Assembly: GCF_030028105.1 (NCBI RefSeq)
Contig: NC_092390.1
Location: forward strand, 39,724,777-39,788,776
Direction: 5' to 3'
DNA: 64,000 bases
Origin: Mobula birostris
Taxonomy: Eukaryota
This document shows, one piece after another, positions 26,880-40,100 of this stretch. Below the pieces are notes generated by a model. The model did no database searches and had not been told where the DNA came from. It was given only the letters and a program-made list of their open reading frames with translations. Numbering within the stretch: the stretch's first letter is position 1; every line of letters starts with the position of its first letter. Both the position numbers and the translations under genes were made by a program.

Positions 26880-27091
26880 ATGAGCTCAGCTGAAAAGCTG
26901 GGAGGTATGGGAATCATGCCGAAGAGAAAAAAGCAGAAAGGTGGTGAACACTGCAGTTTACACAGTAAATATGAAGTGAAATTTCAAGATCTGCTCATAT
27001 TTATTGTGGAAAGGAAAATGGGATCAAGCAGAAGAATGTTCTTGATGGATTTAGCACGTAAGAAAGGATTCAGAGTTGCTGATATCATGAG
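26880..27091 (+). CDS. DNTT: Terminal deoxynucleotidyl transferase (TdT), coding exon 1 (NLS + start of BRCT domain)
   Basis: Translates MSSAEKLGGMGIMPKRKKQKGGEHCSLHSKYEVKFQDLLIFIVERKMGSSRRMFLMDLARKKGFRVADIM. This matches recalled human TdT PRKKRPR...IKFQDLVVFILEKKMGTTRRAFLMELARRKGFRV. An in-frame TAG at 26871 precedes the ATG. The donor AG|GTACGC at 27092 is phase 2. Confidence 0.95.
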
Positions 27092-28899
27092 GTACGCCAT
27101 TTCCAGGTTCATCTGGTGAACAAACACACCTGCCAATTTCATCTCCTGCTCATTTTCAGTTATCTGGGAGGAGACACTCACACAAGAGAAAAATATATCA
27201 GTCAGTTGAATTTCAAAATCTTGCAACTTTTAATCTTCAAGTATTAATCTAAACAAATGCACATATTGAGGTAGCGCATAATTTCTGTTTATTTGCAAAC
27301 TATGTGATATATTTTAAAAATTGTGATTTTGGGGAATGGTCCATTGCGCGTGTTATAGGAAGAAAATTATCCCTGGATAATAGCAATTTATGTCATTTTT
27401 TCAAGATCTGGAATAGACAGGTATATTGTGGGTGGTGCAGTGGTGCTCAAGATTGTTCTACTGCCTAACAACTGCAGTGAGCCAGAGTTAATCCTGATCT
27501 GTGGTGCTGTTTTTGTGGAGTTTGCATGATTTCCCTGTGATCACATGGATTTGCATGTGCTTCAATTCTGAAGAAAGGTCTCAGCCTGAAACATCGACTG
27601 TTCATTCGTTTCCATAATGCTGCCTGACCTGCTGAGTTCCCTGAGCATTTTGTGTGTGTGGTTGCTAAGGGTTTGCTAGATTGTTCTGCGTCCCAGCAAT
27701 ATACTAAAAAGACCAAATGGCCTTTTTTATGTTCCAAGGGCATTTAAATAAATTAATTGTCATATTTATGTTGATATCAATTCTTAATGACCAAAGAACA
27801 CTTTTATCGCAAGTAGAAACAAGTAGTGTTTTTACAAAAGATATTTAAATCTGATGAAGGGTGTTCAACTTGGCTGTTTTTCTCTTTTCACAAATGTTGT
27901 CTGGCCATCTGACATTTCTTACATTTTCTGCTTTTAATTTATCATTCATGTCTTGTCTTTATGGTTTATGAAGCCATGAATTAGGCTAGTATCTATTTTT
28001 CAAAGATGTGCTGAGGACTGTAAATTGAAATTGAACTAGAACTTTTGCTGAAGATTTATTTAGAAGGAATTACTATAAAATGAGTGAATGCTTCTACAAA
28101 AGATAACAATTTTATTTGATTTACTAGCTTTTGTATAAAGTAATTAAAAGCATAATCGTTGCCAGACCCCACCGGCATAACCAGTAGATCAGTTAAGGTG
28201 ATGATATGTTAGCTGGCATGCTTCCATTGCAGGATAGACACACGTGCAGTTATCCAACATCTCTTTGTGTTTACTTCTGTGCAGTTTAGAATTGTGCCAC
28301 AATTCTATACTTTGTGCCAGATATAACCACAAACATGAGTGTAACAAAGAAGTGATGGGAACTAGCCAGATGTCAAAATCCCCAGTGGTATACCTAGGGT
28401 GTATGTGACAGGAAGATAGGGGCTTAATTATTGTAAATTATTTTTTCTCCAAATAAAACCACAGGAAGACAAACTATGACATTTCAAACTGTAATTTTAC
28501 ACATGAAGTATTATTTCAAACCGAAATAATTATTTTTTGGCTGCAAATTTTACCATCTGTTAATCGAGGTAATCTAGACTTAAAATCAAAATCATTTAAG
28601 TATTCATGTACAAGAATGTGAATATTAAATTATGTGGGAATAAGAAAGGGTGTAAATTTTGTAATTTTTCAATTCATTAAAATCACACAATTTATTTGAA
28701 GTTGTAAAAGTATTATTGATGGAGAAGACTGTGTCTGCTTTGGTGAGAGCTAAGTTTACCAGTCTACCTAAATAACAGGATTCACAGAATTAGGGTGATA
28801 AATTTGCCCAGTTTGGCCAATGTGCAAAAATAGAGGGTAAGAATCTTGTATAGCAAAGTTTTGTACATACAGTATTTGATATCGATAGATTTTGGGTGC

Positions 28900-30590
28900 T
28901 GGAGGAAGACCATGCTCAGGACCAGCAGAGACAGCAGCAGCTTGGCATGCACCAGCAGCTGTGGGAGGGATATCAGGCTCAGTACAAGCAGCCAGTGGGG
29001 GAATACCAAACCCAGGACCAGCTGCCACTGGAGAAATACCAGGGCCAATACCAGCAGCCACTGGGCATTTGAACAGCAGCCAATCAGAGGTCAGGAGCGA
29101 GAGAAGAGGTGACTCACACAGGTTGGGTCCGTGTGCATTAAAAAAGCAGTGCTTGACAGGAGTCTCAACATTTGAATAGCAGCCAGTCAGAAGTTGGGAG
29201 TAAGAGAAGAGGTGGCTCATACAGGTTGGCGAGTGTGCATTGAAGAAGCAGCGCTTTGCGGGAGTTTTGGTGTTTGAACAACGGTCAATCAGAGATCGAG
29301 ATTCATTAGCAAAGGCAAATCTGGATTAGGAGGGTGAACGAGGTTAAACAGTCAGGTCTGAGTTCCCCATGGCCATTCCCTTAAACAACAAGTATGGTGT
29401 TATTTTTGTAACTTCATCGAGGAGAGGCTTGAGTGAGAAAAGATGGAAAGCTGTAGATAGAATTGCTTTTCAGTTTATTTATTATTTCCTTCTTTACAAT
29501 TGCACAGCTACAGCAGTAGGGATGCCAGGCAGGATAATTGAATGATCCTTTTGTGAGAAGCAGGAAGACACAGCAACCTCCAGTGACCTTGACGACTTCA
29601 CTTGCAAGAAGTGCATCCAGCTGCAGCTTCTAACACAGTAGTTGGAGCTGGAATTGGACGAACGGATCATTCAGGAGGCTGAAGGGGAGATAGATAGGAC
29701 ATATAGAAGGGAAGTTACACCCAAGGTGCAGGACACAAGAAACTGGGTGACAGGAGGGTGAATGGGGTTAAACAGCCAGTGCTGAGTACCCCTGTGGTTT
29801 TGTAACTTCAAGACATTAAACTAATTCAAAGGAAGACACACTGGATACTGTTGGTTGGGGGTGGGTGGTGGGGGGGAGATATCCTAGCAGAGAAAAGTAG
29901 GAAGATCACAGCTTAGTCAGATCTAACTCTGACCCTGTGGACACTGAAGGAAAGCGAGGAGAAAGGGTGAGCTGTGGTGACAGGGGATTCATTAGTTAGG
30001 GAACAGAAAGGAGGTTCTGTGGATGACAGCAAGATTCACAAATGGTACGTAGCCTCCCAGGTGCCAGGGCCCAGGACATTGGATCGAGTCTTCAGCATTC
30101 TTAAGTGGGAGGGAGAGCAGCCAGAGGTCGTGCTGTATGTTGGTATCAATGATACAGAGAGGAAGAGTGACGTGGTTCTGCAAAGTGAGTTCAAGGAGTT
30201 AGGTGCTGAGTTAAAGGACAGGACCTCCAGGATTGTGATCTGAATATTGCTACCTGTGCCATGTGCTTGTGAGGTCAGAATTGGGAAGATCATACAGTTT
30301 AACATGCAGCTAAGGAGTTGGTATAGGAGGGATGGCTTTAGATTTTTGGATCATTGGGCTCTCTTCCAATGGGGACCTCTACTGAAGAGAGATTTTGTAC
30401 CTGAAATGGAGGGAGACTAATATCCTAGCAGATTGTTTGCTAGTGCTGCATGGGGGATTTAAACTAGAGTCACAGGGGGATGGGAACCAGTGCTAGAACA
30501 GTTAGTGAAGCGGTTGTGGAGAAAGATGTTGTTAAGACCCAAGACAAAGTCAGGAATCAAAAGGTTGAGCATGGTGGGACTAATGTTGCA
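28900..30590 (+). mobile_element. CR1 5' part: tandem-repeat 5' region + ORF1 (zinc finger + SGNH esterase) + start of ORF2
   Basis: MPGRII.., FTCKKCIQLQLL, VTGDSLVR and PEVVLYVGINDT..KSDVVLQSEFKELG motifs. Assigning the tandem repeats to the 5' UTR is inferred. Confidence 0.8.
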
Positions 30591-30594
30591 GTTA

Positions 30595-33500
30595 GACCAT
30601 AGGACCATAAGATACAAGAGCAGAATTAGGCCATTTGGCCCATCGACTCTGCTCTGCCATTTCATCACGGCTGATCCATTTTCCCCCTCAGCCGCAAATC
30701 TCTTGCCTTCTCCCTGATCCCTTCATGGCCAGACCAATGAAGAACCCATCAACCTCTGCCTTAAGTGTACATAAAGGATTGTCCTCCACAGCCACCCTTG
30801 GAGACAAATTCCACAAATCACCACTCTCTGGTTAAAGAAATCCCCCCTCATCTCCATCTAAAAAAGTACACCCCTCTATTCTGAGTCTGTGTCCTCTTGT
30901 CCTAGACTCTCCCACCATGGGAAACATCCTCTCCACAACCACTCTAACAAGGCCTTTCAACATTTGATAGATTTCAATTAGGTTAGACCTCATTCTTCTG
31001 AATTCCAGTGAATACAGGCCCAGAGTCATCAAATGCTCTTTATATGACAAACTGTTCAATCCTGGAATCATTTTCATGAACCTCCTTCAAAACCTCTCCA
31101 GTGTCAGCACATCCTTTCTTTAATAAGGGGCCCAAATCTGCTCACAATACACCAAGTGAGTCCTCACCAGTCCTTTATAAAACCTCAACATTATACCCTT
31201 GCTTTTATATTCTATGTCTCTTGAATGCTAACATCACATTTGCCTTCCTCACCACTAACTCAACCTGCACAGTGGCCAGATGCTTTCTGGTACCATCAAA
31301 ATTGGCCTTTCTCCAATTTAGGATCTCAACCTAAAGACCAGACCTATCCTTTAACATATTTACTTTGAAACTGATGAAATTATGATCACAAGATGCAAAG
31401 CATTCCCTACATAAACATCTGCCACATGTCCTGTCTCATTCCCCAAGAGCAGATCAAATTTTGCACACTTTCTCATTGAGACTTCTATGTATTGATTAAG
31501 GAAACTTTCCTGAACACAATTTGCAAACCTCTGTGCCGTCTCATCTTTTTACAGTATGGGAATCCCAGTCAATACATGGAAAATTAAAATCTCTTGTTAT
31601 AAGAACCTTATGTTTTTTGCAACAGTCTGCAACCTCTGTCCAGGTTTGATCCTCTTAATCCTGTGGTGTCAGGGCACTGAAGCAGGGACCTAATCACAGA
31701 CCGAGTACCATGCGCACTGTGATATTTACTGAGTAGCAAATCCAGAGGGGCAACAAAGTCAGTGTCAAAGTTCAGGCATATATCAAAAATTCCAGAGAAA
31801 TCCAAAAACCAGAATCAGGCAGAGTCAATATGCAGACAGATAGAGTTCGGATACAAATACTGGAAAAGCTCAGGAGAGCTCACTGGTACAGTCTAGGAAC
31901 AGACAGCTGAAAACATAGGACTGAAAGACACTGAGCAATAAACAGAGAGGCAGATGATAGGTGGAGCACAATGAGACACAGGTGGCAGCAAAACAGGTAA
32001 TAATGAGAAACAGGTGAGAGGCGGAGTACTCAGTAATACAGGGGCCAGAGTTGAGCAGGAGTGGGGACAGGAGCACATGGCAATACAAAACCACAGATTG
32101 ACGGCTAGGGGGAAAACACATAAAAAAACAAAGTTCAACTGGAGAACCTGACATGTGGACTGTTAGGTGGTTTATAATATAGACCCATTAACGTGGTCAG
32201 ACCTTTCTTATTCCTCATTTACACCCATAAAGCCTCACTAGATGAGTTCTTCAGTCTGTCCTTGGGCACTGCCATGACATTTTCCCTAAATGGTAATGTT
32301 ACCTCACCCCTACCTTTAATCCCTCCCACTCTGTCTCATCTAAAACAATAGAACCCTGGAATACTGAGCTGCCAGTCCTGTCCCTCCTGCAACCAAGTCT
32401 CACTAATTGCTACAATATCATTAATCCAGGTGCTGATCCATACCCTGACCTCAGCTGCCTTTCCTGCAATACTTCTTGCATTGAAATATGCACAGCTCAG
32501 AACATTAGTCGCACCATACTCAGCCTTTTCATTCCTGACTTGGTCTGAGGTCTAAACAACATCTGTCTCCATTGTCTGTTCTGTCACTCCGATTCCCATC
32601 CTCCTGCAACTCTAAACCACCCCGTGCAGCACTAGCAAACCTTCCTGCTGTGATATTAGTTTCCCTCCAGTTCAGGTGCAGACCGTCTCATTTGTACAGG
32701 TCCCATCTTCCCTGGAAGAGAGCCCAGTGATCCAAAAACCTAATGTGGTCTCTCTTACACCATCTCCTTAGCCATGCGTTAAACTGTATGACGTTCCTAT
32801 ATCTGGCCTCACTTGCACGTGGCATGGGAGCAATCCTGAGATCACAACCCTGTCCTTTAACTTAGCACTTTGCTCCTGGAACTCACTTTGCAGAAACTTC
32901 TCAATCTTCCTACCTCTGTCATTGGTACTTACATGGACCACGACATCTCACTGCTCATCCTCCCACTTAAGAATGCTGAGGACTCGATCCAAGATGTTCC
33001 GGACCCTGGCACCTGGGAGGCAACATACCACCCAAGAATCTCATTCTTGTCCACAGAACTTCTTTTCTGTTTCTGTAATTAATGAATTCCCTATTGCCAC
33101 AGGTCACCTCTTCTCCTCCATTCCATCCTGAGTCACAGAGTCAGACTCAGTGCTAGAGGCCTGACCACTGTGACTTTCCTCTGCTGGGTTTCCATCCCCA
33201 AAGGTATCCAAACCTGTTGTTGAGGGGGATGGCCACAGGGGTATGATGCATTGGCTGTTCCCCTCATTTCCCTTTGCTGACAGGCACCCTGTCTTCTGTG
33301 TCCTGTACCTTGGGTGTAATTACCTCCCTATATGTCCTATCTATTACCCCCTCAGCCTCCCAAATAACCTGGAGTTCTTTCAGTTCTAGCTCTATTTCTT
33401 TAAAGTGGAGTGTTAGAGCCTGCAACTGGATGCACTTCTTGCAGTTGAAGTTATCCTGCCTTCCTACATCCCGCAAGAGGAACATTCAATTATCTTGCCG

Positions 33501-33700
33501 GCCATCCCTGCTGCTCTAATGGTGCAAATATAAAGAAGGAAAAGAATCAACCTAGAGCTTTTTTGCCCTCTCTCACTCAAGCCTTTCCTCACTGAAGCCT
33601 CAAATAACCACTCTGACCCTGTCCACTCTAACAATGGCTGCTCCATTTGCCCTTGCCTTATTTTTTTTGCTCTTGTCAATTTCTTAGATTGCTGATTGGC
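30595..33700 (-). mobile_element. CR1 with 5' UTR, ORF1, endonuclease and 3' end but most of RT deleted
   Basis: MAGKIIECSSCGM and NCKKCIQLQAL (ORF1), EN remnants including YKPPNS, an abrupt jump at ~31290 to the ORF2 C-terminus (MTLGLYSLEFRRMRSNLIE), and a (TATGGTC) tail at ~30600. Confidence 0.8.
31667..32153 (-). mobile_element. Solo LTR (Gypsy-type) inserted in CR1 endonuclease
   Basis: Termini TGTCAGG...CCTGACA with a perfect 5-bp TSD TGTGG (31662-31666 / 32154-32158). Confidence 0.88.
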
Positions 33701-35828
33701 CATGGTTCAAAACACCAAGCTGCCATGAATCAATGCCTTCTGTACTCAATCGGCAAACCTGAGGGAGGTTCACTTTCTCAGAATTCTGATTGCTGACTTG
33801 GCTGAAGTTCTTTTTACTCCTTTCATGCCCAGCCCAAATTCTGTGCATGCCAAAAGCTAATGGGCACCACTCCACATCACTGGGGCGTGAAACAGTCAAG
33901 ACTGGAATCTGGTGCAATACACAGGGAGCTGGAGGAACTCAGAAGATCATGCAGCATTCATGGAGGAAAATGGACATTCAACATTTTGGGTTGAGACCGT
34001 TCATTTGAATTCAGACTATGGGTCTGGAACTGAAAAGTCGAATGGTCTATCTCCTTCCATAGATGCTGGTGAGTTCTTCAAGAATCTTGAGTGTCCTTCC
34101 AGATTCCACAACCTTCAGTGTCCTGGGCCTCCAAGGCCGGAATCACAGCAACCCAAGCTCACATGTAGAGCGTACAATTTTTGATGAAGCCACACATGCA
34201 GCAATCATTTTTGTATTTGATGATGAACATCCGTTGCATGTGCAGTAACATAATGGTTAACACAATACTTTACAGGACCAGTGACCCCAGGTTCAACTCC
34301 TGCTGCTGTCTGTAAGGAGTTTGTATGTTCTCCCCATAACCGCATGGCTTTCCTCCAGGTGTTCCAGTTTCTTTCCACGGTCCAAAGACATACGGGTTGG
34401 TAGGATAATTGATCATTGCAAATTGTCCCGTGATTAGGCTAGGGTTTCTGGGTGGCACTGCTTAAAGGACCAGAAGGGCCTATTCAGCACTATTTCCTAA
34501 AAATAAAACTGTCGTTTCTTGGCTATTTGCATCATAGCACTCACGATCAAAATAGACTCCACTGACTCCCCAGTGCAAACATGTATAGCGAGGGGTTTTT
34601 TTGAGAGAGAGAATCTTCCTGCATTTTGAAAGGCAAGGACTAATTAGGGAGGGTCAGCTCAGGAACTCAACAAATTGTCTTACTTAGTCCACTGAGGTGT
34701 GAATATAGGAGCTGGTGTGTGGTCTAAACCAGCTCTGTGTCAGTTAATGATACCCTCTGTGGAATCGTCATTGTTCTGTGCAATCTGAATCAATCCTGTG
34801 GTATGTCTGAAGGCACTACAGGAGATCTAAGAATAAATCAATGCTGACAAGGTAAGAATATTTGAACTTATTATTATGTGCTTGATTATATTTCACTCAG
34901 TATTGACTTCAAGTCAACATGAATAAGTATTCTATAGTATGTGGCAGAATGCAATTTTAGTTCTGTCTCCAGGTAGCATAAAGCTTTCCTCTCTTAATCA
35001 GGCTAAGAATAGGTGGAAACTTGGTCCTCTGGTTGCACACAGTCTTTCAATCAGAGACATTCTTAGAAATGGAACATAGAACAGAAGCCACGACGATGTT
35101 TTTTAAAATTCATTATTGCTAATAACAACCACAATATCTGAAGTCACATTGAGGTGATCTTCAATGTGGTCATCAAGAGGCAGTATCTGCTGAAGGAGGA
35201 TAGCTGGTCAAGCAACATTGGTTAGGGGGGTGGTGGTGGGAAGAGGTATTGTTGATGTTTTGTGACTTGAACCTGTACCAGACTGAGTGTTTTATTTTCC
35301 TGTCGATCTAGTAAGGTGTGGAGGTTACCTCATGAAATACAGCAGTTGACAATCCTTGGATAAAATGCCTTTTTAAATATAGACAGTGTATTAAGTGTGT
35401 TTTTCTCTGCCTTCCCCCATTCTCTTTGCTCCAACTTCTCTAGCCGAATCGTCTTGTATCAATGAGGGTAACCTGAACAGTTACATCCATGAAATTATTT
35501 ATGTATAACTTGTCCTCACCCTACATGCTTTTGTACTCGTGAGATATGGTGGTCTGTAGCTGCTTTGACAGTAGAACTCCTCCATGTTCAGAAACACTGT
35601 GTGCCAGTTCTCAGTACAATGGAAATCCCGTTTACTGATACATGAGCCTTGAGATCTTCAGGTGGCTGGGACCTGAAAGCCAACGTCTGAATCGTCTGAT
35701 AGCATATGCTGTTGCCCTTCAGTGTGCTGAAACAAATGGCATCCCATCATCTTAACCTATCATGTACCATATCAGGACATTGTTCTCTAGATTGGACTCT
35801 AAAATGTCCATTGGCCTATCCCTGAGAT

Positions 35829-36586
35829 CAGGGGTCCCCAATCTTTTTTGCACCACGGACCGGTTTAATATTGACAATATTCTCACGGACCGGCCGACCG
35901 GGGGGGGGGGGGGCGGTGATGTTCAAGTGGGGTTAAACTCACCTCAACATGTCTTTTACAGTTAGGGCTGCCAACTTTCTCACTCCCAAATAAGGGACAA
36001 AAGTAGCAGTCAAATCCCGGGACACTTTACCCCAGGAAAGACTACCATGACCATGAAGCCTTGCACGGGCACCTGTGTGCGCATGTGTGGTGTGCGCAAG
36101 CGTGTACGTGCCGATTTTTTTCCACAAATCGGTTTTGGCTTAATCTTCCCGACTACATTGTACATACATTATTTCTACTTTATATAGGCTGTGTATTTAT
36201 CCTATCATTCCTGCTTTTACTATATGTTAGTGGTATTTTAGGTTTTATGTGTGATTTGGTATGACTTGGTAGGTTAATTTTTGGGTCTGGGAACACTCAA
36301 AAATTTTCCCGTATAAATTAATGGTAAATGTTTCTTCACTTTACACCATTTCAGCACGAAAGGTTTCATAGAAAAGCTCTACCTTAGCGGGGGAAATATG
36401 GGACAAGGGTGGTCCTGTATGGGACAAACCAATTTAGCTGGGATGTCCCGGCAAATACGGGACAGTTGGCAACCCTGTGTTCAAGTTCAACGGTGCGTGA
36501 CAGGGAATGAGGAAAGGTGCAGCTGACTCAATATTGTTTCCTCGCGGCCTGGTACCGGTCCGTGGCCCGGTGGTTGGGGACTACTG
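35829..36586. mobile_element. hAT (Charlie-like) MITE carrying a nested second hAT element
   Basis: TIRs CAGGGGTCCCCAA / TTGGGGACTACTG with a perfect 8-bp TSD CCTGAGAT (35821-35828 / 36587-36594). Confidence 0.9.
35928..36477. mobile_element. Nested hAT-type MITE (TAGGGTTGCCAAC-type termini)
   Basis: 8-bp TSD TGTTCAAG (35920-35927 / 36478-36485). TAGGGCTGCCAAC at 35963 and GTTGGCAACCCTG at the right end, with subterminal GGGACA repeats. Confidence 0.85.
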
Positions 36587-37110
36587 CCTGAGATGATACT
36601 TACTGGATAGTTCATTTTCAATAAACTGGCCTCCTATTACTAAAATGATAGCATTGCTCCCATTTTCAACACCGAGGTTGCCGGAGAATTTGTAAGTCTA
36701 TGAGAATAATTCCTCTTTCTGCTGTTCAGTGAGATAGTAGCTGAGGAGTGATATGAATCCATACACTCATCTCTGGCCCATTTCCTTTACTGTCTTCTCC
36801 CTCTTTCAGAGAAATATATTCAGTATTAAGTAATCTCTTTACTAAGATTTTATCAGTTCCCAACATGTTAATTTGTTTTACACACAATAAACTCTCTGGC
36901 GCTGACAAGATGAAGAATAGAACCTAACTAGGTAATTAATGATATGGGAAGCAGAGAATGTTAGTTCTCAAGCTTAGGAGATAAGACGTTTCTATGAGGA
37001 GAATAAAATATGGAAACAATTTGGAACACCGTAGGTGAAATGTCCAAGAAATACAGTGTTGTGCAAGAGTCTTAGGCACCATAGCAAGAGATAAACTTGC
37101 GCACTTCATA

Positions 37111-40100
37111 TTTACTTTAAGCGAGGTGTGGATGTATCACGTGGTAGTGTGATAATGTATGCCAATTATGTACTTTCACACCTAACTCACAATGCATTAT
37201 GTAAACATCAAAAAATGCTCAATCAAACAATATATTTACAATATTACTCAAATATTACTGATATATTAAATACACAACACTCCTCCCTGCTTAGCTATAA
37301 AGTCCAACTCAACACAGATGCATCTCAGCTTATATACATACACTATATATACAGTAGACTGTATAATCCAAGTACCAGACAGACATCCACAGCATAGTGA
37401 ATTTTAACATGTCCCATTCAGGCCTAAATATTTAATTGCTGTGGAGGCTTTCTTATTCTTCTGGGATAACATCTTCCCTGACAGGGGGGCTCACTCTGCA
37501 TGGCAGGTGAAACCTGTGGCTGTGAAACAATCTCAGGTTCTGCGGCGTCTGGTGGTTATAGGAGTTGACTTTGGGACTACAGGCAGTGGTTGTGACAGCA
37601 GTAGCCACCTTTCTTCTCTCACAATTGACTGTGCTTTCGTCAACTGATTGGTACGTTGTCTCCAAGTGGTATTAGATGCAGTTCTGTCCTTAATCTTTAT
37701 GAATGCCCGTGTTTGATCACCTCTGTAGTCCCTTGCCAGGACTGCTTGCCCAGGAGTGAAAAAATCGAACCTCCTTGCTTTAGGAGCTTTCAATTTGTCT
37801 CAGCTGTTTCTCCTGCATATTTCTTCTGAGGTTGGGTTTGAGGAGGTCCAAGCATGAATGCAAGGGATTCCTAGGAACAGCATAGCTGGTGAGGTGTTGG
37901 TTGAGCAGAGTGCTGCATTGCAATATGCCAGGAGAAATTTGGAGAGCTTCTGATTCAGTGTCAGTGTAATGTGTTCTGCTGACATTGCTTTAGGCTCTGG
38001 GCAAACCTTTCTACCGAGCCATTTATAGCTGGGCGGTACGGTGCAGATGTAATATGTCTTATTCCATTCATTTTGAGGTATGACTGAAACTGTTCCACAA
38101 TGAACTGTGGTCCATTGTCACTTATTATGTGTTCCGGAACACCAGTCCTTGAGAAGATGCTTCTCCACACATCAGTAGCATGCAAGGCTGTAGTGGAGGC
38201 TATTGGGAACTCTTCTGGCTACTTTTAGTTGGATCCACTACTACTAAGCAAATCTACATAAATCCTCTGCCAGGGCAATGCAGGTCATTCCCAGGGGTGG
38301 GAAGGTGCTGCTCTAGGCATCTTCTGGATGTGTTGGCGGCTCGAACAGTGCATGGCAAGCTGCTTGATCTGCTGATCTATCGCAGGCCACCAGGCAAAGC
38401 TTTCATTTTAACCATGCCTAGATGACTGACATGTGTGTCCTCCAACACCCTAGCTCTCAGTTTGGATGGTACAACGACTCTCAATCCTCACATTGGCAAT
38501 TTCCATCAAGGGCAAGTTCATCCCGGTGCTGGTAAAAACAGGGGAACAGGAGTTTCTGTTGTATGTTCCAGCTATTTTGAATGGCCATGTGTACCTGAGA
38601 CAGTGTGGGTTTTTTTCTGGTTTCCCTTTGGATCATCTCTGCCAGAATAGTATGACTTTCGATTTGCATTGGGGAGAATACATCAAGAGGAGTGTCCTCT
38701 TTTGTTAAGTTTTTCGGGTATTTCCTTTTCCAAAGGTAAATAGGACAATCCATCCATCCACATTTCCATAATTAGTCGTCCTCGAATTCAACCTTGTAAT
38801 TGTGTCCTCCACAAAATAGAGCCCTTCTCTATATCTGAGCTGCTGTTGTTAGTGGAACACTCTTCTGTGGATTGAAAATGGGCACTCGTGGTTGATGATC
38901 AGTAACGAGGGAAAACTCTCTCCCTTACAAGAATGAGTTAAAATGTTTCACACCCCAAACCAGACTCAAGGCCTCTCTGTCAATCTGTGCGTAATTTTTC
39001 TCTGCACTGGTAACGGAGTGTGATGTAAAGGCTATGGGTTGTTCACTTCCATCACCCATAACATGTGACATCACTGTTCCTATACCTTCATGTGAGGCAT
39101 CTCAGGCAAGCTTCACTGGATGATGTGGATCATAATATGTGAATACAGTGTCTGATATCACCATTTCCCTTACCTTTCTGAAAGTCATCTCACACTGCTT
39201 TGTCCATTGCCGTTTCTCCCCAATTTGTAGTAATGAATTCAAGGGGTGGAGCACAGTAGCCAGGTTTGGCAGGAACCTGTTATAGTATTGACAAATCCTA
39301 AAAAGGACCACAACTGTGACACAATCGTTGGCCCTGGGGCATCCACCACTGCTTTAATTTTCTCAGCCCACTTGTGTAATCCTTCTGTGTTGATGGTGTG
39401 ACCACAGTAAGCGATGCTTAGTTTAAAGAATTCAGACTTGTTGTATTGTGCACTGAGCCTATCATCTTCTAATATTTTCAGTGCTGCTTTAAGATTTTGG
39501 AGATGTTCCTTATTATCCCTAACAGTAACAATGGCGTCAACCAGGTAACACTGAGTGCCCGGGCAGCCTTGCAGCACCTGGTTCATACCTTTCTACCGAA
39601 GTGCAGGTGCAGATGCTACTCCAAAAATAAGCCTGTTATAGCAATACAGCCCTTTGAGAGTTTTTATGGTGAGAAACACTTTGGACTTTTCTTCCATCTC
39701 CATCTGTAGGTAGCCCTCAACTAAGTCCACTTTGCTGAAGTGTTTCTCTCTAGAAATGTTTGCAGATGTATTCTCTATCCTGGTCAGAGGATATTGATCT
39801 ACTTTCAATACTGGGTTGATGGTGGCCTTAAAATAACCACAGATCCTGATTGACCAATTCTTCCTGGCTCCTGGGACCACTGGCATTGCCCATGGGCTCC
39901 ACTCAACCTGGGAAAGAGTTCCTTCAGCCTCATGTGATCTAGCTGACTGGTTACCTTCTCACAGATGGTACCAGGAACCAGATGGGCTTTGTAAAACTTG
40001 GGTGTGGCATTTTTATATAATGCTATTTTACCCTTGATATGTTTGAGTTTTCCAACAGCATTCTTGAACACTGCTGTGGCATCATCCAGTATCTTTCTTA

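Noticed and set aside
2506-27200. Phase-compatible plus-strand exon chain 2506-2582, 12074-12116, 26646-26712, 27160-27200 joining into 44752
   Set aside because: The peptide resembles no protein I recognise. It conflicts with the clear TdT exon 1 and with the true exon-2 acceptor at 44630, and the 12074 acceptor has competing upstream AGs. Judged a chance assembly.
28768-29220. Pro/Ala/Gly-repeat ORF on the minus strand
   Set aside because: By-product of ~30-bp tandem repeats. No splice or start support.
37054-37082. Tc1-like TIR (TACAGTGTTGTGCAAGAGTCTTAGGCACC) next to the truncated Gypsy LTR
   Set aside because: Only one short end is visible and no partner TIR was found, so it is not called as an element.
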